Source: Dehalococcoidia bacterium (GTDB lineage Bacteria > Chloroflexota > Dehalococcoidia > Dehalococcoidales > Fen-1064). Taken from it: a stretch of 64,000 bases of DNA. Within the stretch, counting starts at the first letter, position 1, and each line of letters begins with the position of its first letter. The notes below the pieces were generated by a model. That model had not been told where the DNA came from. It worked only from the letters and a program-made list of their open reading frames with translations, and did no database searches. A program made the position numbers and the translations under genes. Below, piece by piece: positions 1 through 8,869 of the stretch. The stretch covers positions 89,255 to 153,254 of the forward strand of contig DUEV01000006.1 in NCBI GenBank assembly GCA_011170375.1. Reading direction: 5' to 3'.

Positions 1-515
1 GTGGACGGGACGTGATTATTCTGCTTGATGGTATCACCCGCCTCACCCGCTCCTACAACCTGGCAATGCCCTCAAGCGGTCGCACTCTTTCCGGTGGTAT
101 TGACCCGGCCGCTCTGTACCCGGCCAAGCACTTCTTCGGCGCTGCCCGAAACACCGAGGAGGGTGGCAGTCTGACAATACTGGCCACCTGCCTGGTTGAT
201 ACCGGCAGCCGGATGGACGACCTTATTTACGAAGAGTTCAAGGGCACCGGCAACATGGAAGTACACCTTGACCGTCGTCTGGCACAACGCCGCATCTACC
301 CCGCCATTGACATCGAGCTAAGCGGCACCCGACGCGAGGAGTTGCTCCTGGATGAGAACACCTTAAAGCAGGTCTGGCTCCTGCGGCGCATGGTGGCCAT
401 GATTTCAGCCGACTCGACCAACTTCGTTGAAGCCACCGAACGTGTCCTCGACCGCCTGCGACGGGCCAAAGACAACGCACAATTCCTAGCTAGCCTGAGC
501 AAGGACTCCGAATAA
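1..515 (+). CDS. rho: Transcription termination factor Rho, C-terminal part (5' end outside window)
   Basis: Frame open from window edge. Translation [17 protein letters not shown]...[46 protein letters not shown] matches the Rho ATPase core. Stop TAA 513-515. Confidence 0.9.
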   Translation, partial: GRDVIILLDGITRLTRSYNLAMPSSGRTLSGGIDPAALYPAKHFFGAARNTEEGGSLTILATCLVDTGSRMDDLIYEEFKGTGNMEVHLDRRLAQRRIYPAIDIELSGTRREELLLDENTLKQVWLLRRMVAMISADSTNFVEATERVLDRLRRAKDNAQFLASLSKDSE

Positions 516-618
516 GCAGGCAAGGTCATAACACCTTTTCTTAGCATCCTGTTCTCCCCGAGGATACTCCCAAGGGGGATATGCCCTTTCTCACAAACAG
601 AATGATTACAAACACTTT

Positions 619-671
619 CCAAGGGGGACACCCCCTTGGTATCCCCCGTAAAGAGGGGTTTCACCCCTCTT
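619..671 (+). other. Two tandem perfect GC-rich hairpins in the rho-uvrC spacer
   Basis: CCAAGGGGG-aca-CCCCCTTGG (619-639) and AAGAGGGG-tttca-CCCCTCTT (651-671), read directly. Confidence 0.6.
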
Positions 672-787
672 GAACACCCCAAAACGGCGAGAGAACAATT
701 TCTTATGCAAGTACCTTCGCACCTTATAGGCATACCTCACTATCAGGTTAGATACTCCCTATTTACCACAGACTAAGAAGAGAGTTT

Positions 788-809
788 AAGAGGGCTACGC
801 CCTCTTTTT
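788..809 (+). terminator. Rho-independent terminator-like hairpin
   Basis: AAGAGGGC-tac-GCCCTCTT followed by a T-run, about 270 nt after the rho stop. Confidence 0.6.
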
Positions 810-950
810 CCTTAAGGGTGGCGGGTGGGAAAAGATAGATTGGGGATGGGGCCACCACCACCAAACAGAGGGCTATTACTGAACAAATTAACTTGCCAAA
901 AACCGAAATAAGGGGTTAAGCTTGGGGGAGGACAGTATCAGGGGGCCGAT

Positions 951-2786
951 TTGACGAGCAGCCTGATAATCGAACAGCTCAAGCAGTTACCTGCCAGCCC
1001 CGGTGTCTACCTGATGAAGGACACCGAAGGGAACATCCTTTACGTGGGCAAGGCCGCCGACCTCAGCCAGCGGGTACGGTCATATTTCAGCCCCGGGCAG
1101 AACCTGCCCTACAAGCTCCAGCAGATGGTTGGTAAGGCTCACGACATCGATTTCTATGTTACCAACCTCGACCAGGAAGCCCTCATCCTCGAACTGAACC
1201 TGATAAAGCAACACCACCCCCCTTACAACGTCCGTCTCAAGGATGACAAGACCTTCCCGTACCTCAAGATTTCGCTTAATAAAGAATGGCCCAGGGCATA
1301 TTTTACCCGCCGCCTGGAAGAGGACGGGGGACGCTACTTCGGGCCTTTCGCCAGCGCTAAATCGGTACGCCAGACACTCAAAGCGCTGAAGAGAATTTTC
1401 CCTTTCCGCTCCTGCTCTAAACCTATCACGGGTACCGACTCCAGGGCCTGTCTCGAATACCACATGAACCAGTGTGTCGGGCCATGTATCGGTGCTGTAA
1501 ACAAAGAAGAATATGCCGATGTCATCAGACAGGTCATCCTTTTCCTCGAGGGCAAGCAGGAGGTGGTCATCCGGGAGCTGGATAAAAAAATGCAGCAGGC
1601 CTCCAGGGCTCTCGAATTCGAGAAGGCTGCGATAATAAGAGACCAAATCGAGGCGATAAACAACGTGATAGAAGGACAAAGAATCGCCGATGTTACCAGC
1701 GATGAACAGGACGTTATCGCCTTCGCCCAGAATAGAAACCAGGCCTGTGTCCAGGTCTTCTTTGTCCGGGGTGGCCGGCTGATAGGCCGGGAGAGCTTTA
1801 CCATGCAGGGCACCCGTTCCGAAGAACCCATTCACATCATGTCCAGTTTCGTGAAGCAGTTCTACTCCTCCGCCCCGTATATTCCACCACTACTGTTACT
1901 GCAGCATCCGTTGGAAGACCAGGCGGCCATCGAGGAATGGCTTCAGGGAAAACGGGCAGGGCGAGTACGTATCCGGGTACCGCGCCGGGGCAACAAGAAG
2001 CGGCTGGTCAATATCGTCGCCGAAAATGCCGCACAGGGCCTCCAGCAGATGAAGCTCAGGCAACTGGCGGCCCCGGCAGCCCTGACGGCCGCACTGGAAG
2101 AGTTGGAAAAGGAGCTACGCCTCCCCCACACACCCTCCCGCCTCGAGGGGTACGACATCTCCAACATTCAGGGAAAAGGGGCGGTGGGCAGCATGGTGGT
2201 CTTCGACCAGGGCAGGCCCAAGCCCTCCCTCTACCGGCGCTTCCGCATCAAGACCGTCGAGGGGCCGGACGATTACGCCATGCTCCAGGAAGTGCTCCAG
2301 CGACGTTTCAAGAGAAGCGGTGGCAAGAACAATGAGACCTTAAAATCAGATACCTGGTCAGTCATGCCCGACCTCGTCCTTATTGACGGCGGTAAGGGAC
2401 AGCTCAATGCCGCCCTTTCGGCAATTGAGGAGGTCGGTGTTAAGTCAGTTCCTGTCGCCAGTCTGGCCAAGGAGAACGAGGAGGTCTTCATCCCGCAACG
2501 GAAAGAGCCGATAGTCCTCCCCGCGACCTCCCCCGGCCTGCAACTACTGCAACGCCTCCGCGACGAGGCTCACCGCTTCGCCGTGGGCTATCACCGCAAG
2601 GTCCGCCGCAAACAGACCTTTGATTCCTCGCTGGACGCCATACCGGGCATCGGCCCGAGGCGTAAACGTGCCCTGCTCCGACAGTTCGGCTCGGTGCGTG
2701 GCATCCGCGAGGCCTCCGTGGAGGAACTGGCTTCCGCAAAGGGTATGTCCATGAGTCTGGCCAGGAAAATAAAAGAATATCTGTAA
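951..2786 (+). CDS. uvrC: Excinuclease ABC subunit C
   Basis: 611 aa. N-terminal GIY-YIG (PGVYLMKD..GNILYVGKA), UVR domain (FEKAAIIRDQIEAI), C-terminal HhH (IPGIGPRRKRALLRQFGS). TTG start. Confidence 0.95.
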   Translation: MTSSLIIEQLKQLPASPGVYLMKDTEGNILYVGKAADLSQRVRSYFSPGQNLPYKLQQMVGKAHDIDFYVTNLDQEALILELNLIKQHHPPYNVRLKDDKTFPYLKISLNKEWPRAYFTRRLEEDGGRYFGPFASAKSVRQTLKALKRIFPFRSCSKPITGTDSRACLEYHMNQCVGPCIGAVNKEEYADVIRQVILFLEGKQEVVIRELDKKMQQASRALEFEKAAIIRDQIEAINNVIEGQRIADVTSDEQDVIAFAQNRNQACVQVFFVRGGRLIGRESFTMQGTRSEEPIHIMSSFVKQFYSSAPYIPPLLLLQHPLEDQAAIEEWLQGKRAGRVRIRVPRRGNKKRLVNIVAENAAQGLQQMKLRQLAAPAALTAALEELEKELRLPHTPSRLEGYDISNIQGKGAVGSMVVFDQGRPKPSLYRRFRIKTVEGPDDYAMLQEVLQRRFKRSGGKNNETLKSDTWSVMPDLVLIDGGKGQLNAALSAIEEVGVKSVPVASLAKENEEVFIPQRKEPIVLPATSPGLQLLQRLRDEAHRFAVGYHRKVRRKQTFDSSLDAIPGIGPRRKRALLRQFGSVRGIREASVEELASAKGMSMSLARKIKEYL

Positions 2787-2813
2787 TTACTCTCTCCTGT
2801 CCTTATTACTGCA

Positions 2814-3599
2814 ATGAATGTACCAATAAAGTTACCTCAATCATTTAGTGCCATTACGACCGGATATACCTGGAGTGAGGTGACGATTGGCAAGTCCACG
2901 GCAAAGACCTATCGTCTGCAGCATCGCCATCAGCCAACCATGTTCCTGAAGATAGACCAGAAATGGCCAAAGAGAGAACTACTAGAAGAAAAGAAGGTGC
3001 TGGAGTGGCTTTCGGGCAAATTACCTGTAGCCACCGTGTTATTTTTCGATGAGGATGACGATAATGAATATCTGCTAATATCTGGGATTCCAGGAACGGA
3101 TGCCGCGAACTTAATCGGCAGCATTAATAACACCAACCTAGTTATCCTTGTCGCAAAGGGGCTTCGGATGATTCGCGGAGTTCCTATTGCTGAATGCCCG
3201 TTTGAAAGAAGACTGGATAGAGTAATTACACTCGCTGAGTTTAACGTAAAACACAAGCTCGTCCATGAATGGGATTTTGCTGACATCAGGCACGGAAAAA
3301 CGGCCGAAGAACTGTATGAGGAACTCCTACTCCTGAGGCCAGCGGATGAGGACCTGGTTTTCACCCACGGAGACTACTGCCTTCCGAATATCATGATTCA
3401 CCAAAAAGAGATTGCAGGGTTTATCGATTTGCATAGAGCGGGCATCGCAGACCGGTATCAGGATATTGCTCTGGCAATAAGGAGCATAAGGTATAACATA
3501 GGCCCCGGTTACGAACAGGTTTTCCTCCAAGAATATGGAATTACCGAACCTGACGTCAATAAAATGGAGTACTACATGCTACTGGACGAATTCTTTTAG
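2814..3599 (+). CDS. aph(3'): Aminoglycoside 3'-phosphotransferase family kinase
   Basis: 261 aa. HGDYCLPNIM...GFIDLHRAGIADRYQDIALAIRSI and C-terminal YYMLLDEFF closely mirror APH(3')-II motifs (HGDACLPNIM, GVADRYQDIALA, YRLLDEFF). Gene looks AT-richer than its neighbours. Confidence 0.85.
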   Translation: MNVPIKLPQSFSAITTGYTWSEVTIGKSTAKTYRLQHRHQPTMFLKIDQKWPKRELLEEKKVLEWLSGKLPVATVLFFDEDDDNEYLLISGIPGTDAANLIGSINNTNLVILVAKGLRMIRGVPIAECPFERRLDRVITLAEFNVKHKLVHEWDFADIRHGKTAEELYEELLLLRPADEDLVFTHGDYCLPNIMIHQKEIAGFIDLHRAGIADRYQDIALAIRSIRYNIGPGYEQVFLQEYGITEPDVNKMEYYMLLDEFF

Positions 3600-3700
3600 A
3601 CGTCCCGCTCTCTCTAAAACGAGGGTTAACAGATACTCCATTTAGTATAGTAAAATACAATATAAATTGACGGACAAAGGCTTTTAAAGCTGGAGAAGAA

Positions 3701-4690
3701 ATGCCAGCAAACTTAACGCCTGCCTATTTCGAGGCCGAGAAGAGGTTCCGGGAGGCCAAAGCCAACCAGGACAAGATTGCCGCCTTGGAAGAGATGCTGG
3801 CGGTCATGCCCAAGCACAAGGGAACCGACCATCTTAAGGCCGACCTCAGGAGAAAAATCGCCAAGCTGACTCAGGCATCCGAGCGAAAAACGGCCACACA
3901 GCGCGCCTCAATGGTGCTCCCCAAAGAGGGGGCCGCTCAGGTGGTCATTGTCGGACTGCCCAATGCCGGTAAGTCCCAGCTTGTGGACGGTATCACCAAG
4001 GCCACCCCCACCGTGGCCGACTATCCTTTCACCACGCAGAACGCCACCCCGGGGATGATGGAGTTCGAGAACATCAAGATACAATTGGTCGACATGCCGC
4101 CACTGGTGTCCGGCTCGACACAATTCTGGGTACCGCCGATGCTGAGAAGGGCCGATGCCCTGATTATCATGGTAGACCTCAGCGATACCCCACTTGACCA
4201 GCTGGTGGAAATCTCCATGCAACTGGAAGAGTTGAAAATTGGCATCGGGGAAAAGAAGTCGGAGGAAGAAGCGCCCGGCTGGACATGGAAAAAGGCCCTC
4301 ATCATCGGCAGCAAACTAGACCTGCCCGAAGAGAACGGTACCGCCGAGGCAGACCTACAGGCCCTCCGGGATGAATACAAGGGCCAGGTGCCGGTGCTGG
4401 GCATCTCAGCGAAAAACGGTACCGGTTTGGAAGACCTGCGACTCAAGGTATTCGAGGTACTGGACATTATCCGGGTCTACACCAAGACACCGGGGCAAAA
4501 GCCAGACCTGAACGACCCCATCATTTTGGAGCGAGGGAGCACGCTGGCCGACGCCGCCGAGGACGTGCACAAGGACTTCCGCGCTAAGCTGAAATTTGCC
4601 CGTCTCTGGGGCTCGGGGAAGCACGATGGCGTCATGGTGAAGCGTGACCACGTGCTGGAAGACGGCGACATCATCGAGCTGCACATCTAG
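3701..4690 (+). CDS. DRG/Rbg-type GTPase with C-terminal TGS domain
   Basis: 329 aa. N-terminal helical segment (KHKGTDHLKADLRRKIAKL), G1 GLPNAGKS, G3 DMPP, G4 SKLD. TGS-like tail IRVYTKTPGQKPDLNDPIILERGSTLADAAEDVHKDF..ARLWG. Confidence 0.75.
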   Translation: MPANLTPAYFEAEKRFREAKANQDKIAALEEMLAVMPKHKGTDHLKADLRRKIAKLTQASERKTATQRASMVLPKEGAAQVVIVGLPNAGKSQLVDGITKATPTVADYPFTTQNATPGMMEFENIKIQLVDMPPLVSGSTQFWVPPMLRRADALIIMVDLSDTPLDQLVEISMQLEELKIGIGEKKSEEEAPGWTWKKALIIGSKLDLPEENGTAEADLQALRDEYKGQVPVLGISAKNGTGLEDLRLKVFEVLDIIRVYTKTPGQKPDLNDPIILERGSTLADAAEDVHKDFRAKLKFARLWGSGKHDGVMVKRDHVLEDGDIIELHI

Positions 4691-4749
4691 CAATTTGACA
4701 GTCTGCTAAGGGTGGGAGTAGCATAGCGGCAGAGGAGAGAGGAATTTCC

Positions 4750-5583
4750 ATGAACATCCTGGTAACCAATGACGACGGTATCGAGGCCCCTGGTCTCTGG
4801 GCACTGGCCGAGGCGATGAGCCGGGTGGGTAACACCATGGTCGTTGCCCCCACCGAGCAGAAAAGTGGTGCCGGTACTTCTGTCTCCCTGCACAGTGGCA
4901 TGAGAGTCGATGAGGTGCCCTCAAAAATATCTGGTATCGAGGCCTATGCCGTCGATGGCACACCGAGCGACTGTGTGATCGTCGGCCTACGACAGCTTGC
5001 CAAGGGACGGCACATCGATATGGTCATCTCCGGGATTAACGCCGGGGCCAATACCGGCCGCGATATCCCCTACTCCGGCACCGTCATGGCCACGCTCCAG
5101 GGCTACTTCCGCAGGATACCATCGATAGCCGTATCCCTGGCCTATAGAGAACGTGGCGAAGAGCTACGCTTCGATGTCGCCGCCATGGTAGCCGAGTCAC
5201 TGGCGCGCCGGGTAGAGGGCGGTAATATGCCGACCGACGTTATCATCAACACAAACATCCCCAATATCCCCCTGTCAGAAATTAAGGGTATGGTCACCAC
5301 CCGGGCTGCCGCCGGCTCCTACTATAGTATCCCCAGGAGCAGGGATAGTGACGTTACGAATATCTCGGTGACCAGTCTACCCACCATAGCCGACTTCCCT
5401 CATCAGGTAGGGGGTCTGAAGCCTGTTATCGAGGAAGGAACAGACATCTGGGCAATCATGTCCGACATGATATCGATTACCCCGTTGCGTATCGATGTTA
5501 CCGACCACGATTCCCTCGAGGCCCTGGAAGGACACGTCACAGCACTACAGTCCGACTTGCTTAGCGATGGTAGGAGGCTATAG
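4750..5583 (+). CDS. surE: 5'/3'-nucleotidase SurE
   Basis: MNILVTNDDGIEAPGL N-terminus and GINAGAN motif. 277 aa. Confidence 0.9.
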   Translation: MNILVTNDDGIEAPGLWALAEAMSRVGNTMVVAPTEQKSGAGTSVSLHSGMRVDEVPSKISGIEAYAVDGTPSDCVIVGLRQLAKGRHIDMVISGINAGANTGRDIPYSGTVMATLQGYFRRIPSIAVSLAYRERGEELRFDVAAMVAESLARRVEGGNMPTDVIINTNIPNIPLSEIKGMVTTRAAAGSYYSIPRSRDSDVTNISVTSLPTIADFPHQVGGLKPVIEEGTDIWAIMSDMISITPLRIDVTDHDSLEALEGHVTALQSDLLSDGRRL

Positions 5584-5591
5584 GAGACGGC

Positions 5592-5807
5592 ATGCCGATA
5601 CGACCGAGCTGGTACGAAGACTACTGGGACAAGCAGGACAAGGACGTCTCCGACAAGGTGAGAACGACCTGCCCCCGGTGCGGTAGCTCCCGGACATACT
5701 ACAACCAGCAGTACAAGGTCTGGCGCTGCGGCCGCTGCGAGCACTCCTTTATCATTGAGGGGATGGGCCGGAGGTCCTGGTGGAAGCGACTCTTCGGGAG
5801 GGGATAG
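5592..5807 (+). CDS. Small zinc-ribbon protein, function unknown
   Basis: 71 aa, CPRCGS-x16-CGRCEH (CxxC..CxxC). Starts 9 nt after surE. Confidence 0.5.
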   Translation: MPIRPSWYEDYWDKQDKDVSDKVRTTCPRCGSSRTYYNQQYKVWRCGRCEHSFIIEGMGRRSWWKRLFGRG

Positions 5808-5923
5808 TTCATATCCCACCCACCCACCCCCTTTTTTGGTATATCGACCAGCTTCGATTAATATCTCGCAGTGTAAGGGCAAACCACAATGCCCCAAAAC
5901 ACTGACCCCTGAAGAGGTGAGAG

Positions 5924-7159
5924 ATGCTGGAGAGGAAAACCGGTATTCCCTTAGCTCCGCAGGAGCTGGATAAACAGAAAATTACCAGCGACATCTATAC
6001 CGTCCAGTGCGGCGTCGTCCGACAGGATGCCCACACGGAATACACGAGCTGGGTAATCACCGATGACGGTGTCGTCATAATCGACCCGGGCAGTTACCGG
6101 GTGTGCACCATGCTCAGGGAAGAGCTGGACAAGGCCGGCCAGCCGGTCAAGTATCTCATCTATACTCACACGCATGGCGACCACATTGGCGGGGCGGCTG
6201 CCTTTCTCGACCAGGAACCAAAGGTCATCGCCCACGAAAACACACTGGAACGGTTACGCCGCTATGAAGTGAGCGCCGGTTATATCCGGCGTATCAACAG
6301 CATCCAGTTCCATTTCAATATTCCGGCCGGTACTCCGCGGCGGCGCTTCCCGCCGGTCTATCCTACCGATACATACCACCAGGAGTACCGTTTTGAACTG
6401 GGAGGAAAGACCTTCGAACTGTTCCACGCCAAGGGCGAGACCGATGACTTCACTGTCATCTGGGTACCGCAGCTAAAAGCCATCTTCCTCGGTGACTTGC
6501 TCGAGGCTTCCTTTCCCAACCTGGGCAACCCTTTCAAGGTGATGCGCTATGCCCGCGAGTGGGCTATAGCGCTGGAAAAGGCTCTTGCCCTTAAGCCCGA
6601 ATTCGCTATAGGCGGTGACTGCATTCTGACCGATAATAAGGAAATCAACGAAGTCCTGAGCGTGAATATCGAGCTGTTTAACTACCTGGAGAGCTCCGTT
6701 GTCCGAGCAGCCAATGATGGCCACAACCTGGAACAGATGATTGAAGAAATTCAGCTCCCGCCTCACCTGGCCGATAGCCCGTATCTGAAGCAGGTCTACT
6801 CCCGGCGGGAGTTTGCCATCTACAATATCTGGCGGCGTTACTGCGGCTACTTTGACTTCTCGCCATCCGGGCTGCTACCACGACCCAAGCGGGAGGTTGC
6901 CGGGGTGGCGCGCCAGCTGATTGACAACGACCAGGCCATTCTGCACAGAGCTGAGGAGTTGATGCGCCAAGGCGAGTTACAGCTCGCTCTGGAAACGCTG
7001 GATATCATCCTGAAAGTGGACTACGAGGATACGGCAGCACGGAGACTGAGGCACGAGATACTCCAGAAGATGGTGGAGACTGATGAGTGTCTGATGTCCC
7101 GCAATGTCTGGGTCCACTACCTTGAAGAGGATGAAAGCTTTCTGGGGCAGGAAAGCTGA
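5924..7159 (+). CDS. MBL-fold metallo-hydrolase with an alkyl-sulfatase-like helical C-terminal region
   Basis: 411 aa. HTHGDHIGG metal motif. The helical tail resembles the dimerisation region of MBL alkylsulfatases. No SCP2-like tail. Confidence 0.65.
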   Translation: MLERKTGIPLAPQELDKQKITSDIYTVQCGVVRQDAHTEYTSWVITDDGVVIIDPGSYRVCTMLREELDKAGQPVKYLIYTHTHGDHIGGAAAFLDQEPKVIAHENTLERLRRYEVSAGYIRRINSIQFHFNIPAGTPRRRFPPVYPTDTYHQEYRFELGGKTFELFHAKGETDDFTVIWVPQLKAIFLGDLLEASFPNLGNPFKVMRYAREWAIALEKALALKPEFAIGGDCILTDNKEINEVLSVNIELFNYLESSVVRAANDGHNLEQMIEEIQLPPHLADSPYLKQVYSRREFAIYNIWRRYCGYFDFSPSGLLPRPKREVAGVARQLIDNDQAILHRAEELMRQGELQLALETLDIILKVDYEDTAARRLRHEILQKMVETDECLMSRNVWVHYLEEDESFLGQES

Positions 7160-7218
7160 TAAGACCTGATGAGAAGACATCCCTCGTGGAAGAGTCTTCT
7201 TAGTAGGGGGTAGTTAAT

Positions 7219-7980
7219 ATGCCTCAAGAATCACCACCAAAACCACTGAAATGGTACCGGAAGCTGGCCGCCCGGAAGGGTCGGCTGGAGGCAGATGCCT
7301 TTATCGTCGAGGGGGAGCGGGCGGTGAGGCAGGTCGCAGAAAGCCTGCCTGAGGAGGTACTTGAAATCGTCACGGTGGAAGGGATAGCCACCCCATATCC
7401 CCGCTACCCACACCGGACTGTTACCGAAAGCCAGTTCCGCAGCATCTCCCAAGCACAGACCCCCCAGGGACTGCTGGCGGTTGTCCGGCCACCGTGGCTG
7501 ACATATACCGATAACCTGCCCCTCGACCCCGGTAGAAGGCTCCTCCTGCTGGAGGACATCCAAGACCCGGGAAACGTCGGCACGCTCATCCGCACCGCCG
7601 CCGCCCTCGGTTTCTCCGGAGTTATCCTCACCGAAAAGTGCGCCGACCCCTTTTCGCCGAAGTGCGTGCAGGCTTCCGCCGGTAGCATACTGTCAATCTG
7701 GCTGAGAAGGACAGATGAGTACCTAGAGATGGTCAAAGCCCTTAAGAAGCGGGGCTATTTAGTGCTGGCCGCCGACCTCGACGGCAAGGAAGACACGTCG
7801 GTATTTAATAAGCGGAGACTGTTACTGCTGGCACTGGGCAATGAGGCGGCCGGACTTTCCAAAGAGACGCTGGCCGTTTCCGACTACCAGCTTAGGCTCC
7901 CAATTGTCCGTGAAAAGGCGGAATCCCTGAACGTCGCCGCCTGCGGGGCAATCTTTATGTACCTTGTCACCCGGAAGTAA
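7219..7980 (+). CDS. TrmH/SpoU-family RNA 2'-O-methyltransferase
   Basis: 253 aa. LLLEDIQDPGNVGTLIRTAAALG, LALGNEAAGLS and SLNVAACGAI motifs of SpoU methylases. Confidence 0.8.
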   Translation: MPQESPPKPLKWYRKLAARKGRLEADAFIVEGERAVRQVAESLPEEVLEIVTVEGIATPYPRYPHRTVTESQFRSISQAQTPQGLLAVVRPPWLTYTDNLPLDPGRRLLLLEDIQDPGNVGTLIRTAAALGFSGVILTEKCADPFSPKCVQASAGSILSIWLRRTDEYLEMVKALKKRGYLVLAADLDGKEDTSVFNKRRLLLLALGNEAAGLSKETLAVSDYQLRLPIVREKAESLNVAACGAIFMYLVTRK

Positions 7981-8856
7981 CTACTGCCCGGCACCAGCAG
8001 CAGAGGCCTTCCTAGCCTGATACCTTACCTCGCCCTCACTGAAGAGCCTTTCCTCCTCCTCGGTGGCGATTATCAGCGGGGGTACCTCGGTCGGCCTGCC
8101 CTCGACATCGAGGGCTACCATAACAACATAGGCAGTCAACGCCTCGACCCTTTGTCCAGCAAGGAGGTCTTCCATCTCAATCCGGACCTGCACCTCCATT
8201 GAGGAACGACTGGTGAAGGTGAGCCGCCCGCGGACAATTACCAGGCTGCCGACCCGGACCGGGGTGCGGAAGATAATGTCGTCCACTCGGCCGGTGACGA
8301 TATTGGTACGGCAGTGCCGGGCTGCCACGACACCAGCGGCATTGTCCATCAGCTTCATTAGCTCGCCGCCGTGGACAAAACCGGCCGGATTCGCCTGATT
8401 GGGCAACATCACCTGTGCCATCTCGACCGCCGAATGGCTCACCGTCCTGCCCTCGAACTCCCCGCCCTTCTCAAACCCCTCGCGTAGCTTTTGATAGTTC
8501 GCCTCATGTCTCGCCTCGACCTTGCTCATCCGGCGGAAGAAATCGGCAATCTCGGTAAAGCCCTCCGCCTCAGCGGTCTCGGCCGCCTCGGGGTAGAAAC
8601 GGGTTGCCTCGAGATGCTCACCTCCGATTGCCCGCTCAAGGTTCTCCGCAACGTCACCGGCACCACCGAGAAACTCGAACTCGTGCCGGGCATGTTCCGC
8701 CTCATTCATCGCTGTGGCAGCAAACAGGTCGGCAATCTGCTCCAGACCGGCCTGCCTGGCAGCATCGGCAAAATAGCGGTAGCGGGCACTGACGCCCACC
8801 TCCGCCGAAAAGGCTTTCAACAGTACTTCCTCAGTTTTGCTTCCCTTCAGTTCCAT
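7981..8856 (-). CDS. Fusion protein: rubrerythrin/ferritin-like diiron domain plus hotdog acyl-CoA thioesterase domain
   Basis: The N-terminal half has two ExxH diiron motifs (NEAEHARHE, KVEARHEAN). The C-terminal half (MLPNQANPAGFVHGGELMKLMDNAAG) is typical of YciA/BFIT thioesterases. I prefer the ATG at 8856 (MELKGSK), preceded by GGAGGGGG, over the ORF-track start at 8928. Confidence 0.75.
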   Translation of the reverse strand: MELKGSKTEEVLLKAFSAEVGVSARYRYFADAARQAGLEQIADLFAATAMNEAEHARHEFEFLGGAGDVAENLERAIGGEHLEATRFYPEAAETAEAEGFTEIADFFRRMSKVEARHEANYQKLREGFEKGGEFEGRTVSHSAVEMAQVMLPNQANPAGFVHGGELMKLMDNAAGVVAARHCRTNIVTGRVDDIIFRTPVRVGSLVIVRGRLTFTSRSSMEVQVRIEMEDLLAGQRVEALTAYVVMVALDVEGRPTEVPPLIIATEEEERLFSEGEVRYQARKASAAGAGQ

Positions 8857-8869
8857 GATAATCCCCCTC

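Noticed and set aside
296-733. 145-aa minus-strand ORF spanning the rho 3' end and the hairpin-rich spacer.
   Set aside because: It is antisense to rho for half its length. The rest runs through palindromic hairpins, which read open on both strands. No motif, no RBS.
1080-1835. 251-aa and 165-aa minus-strand ORFs antisense to uvrC. Similar long antisense ORFs occur at 5403-5897, 28376-28927, 41141-41611, 62336-62973 and elsewhere.
   Set aside because: They lie fully inside strongly supported genes on the other strand. They have low-complexity Arg/Ser/Pro-rich translations typical of shadow ORFs in GC-rich coding DNA, and they lack an RBS.
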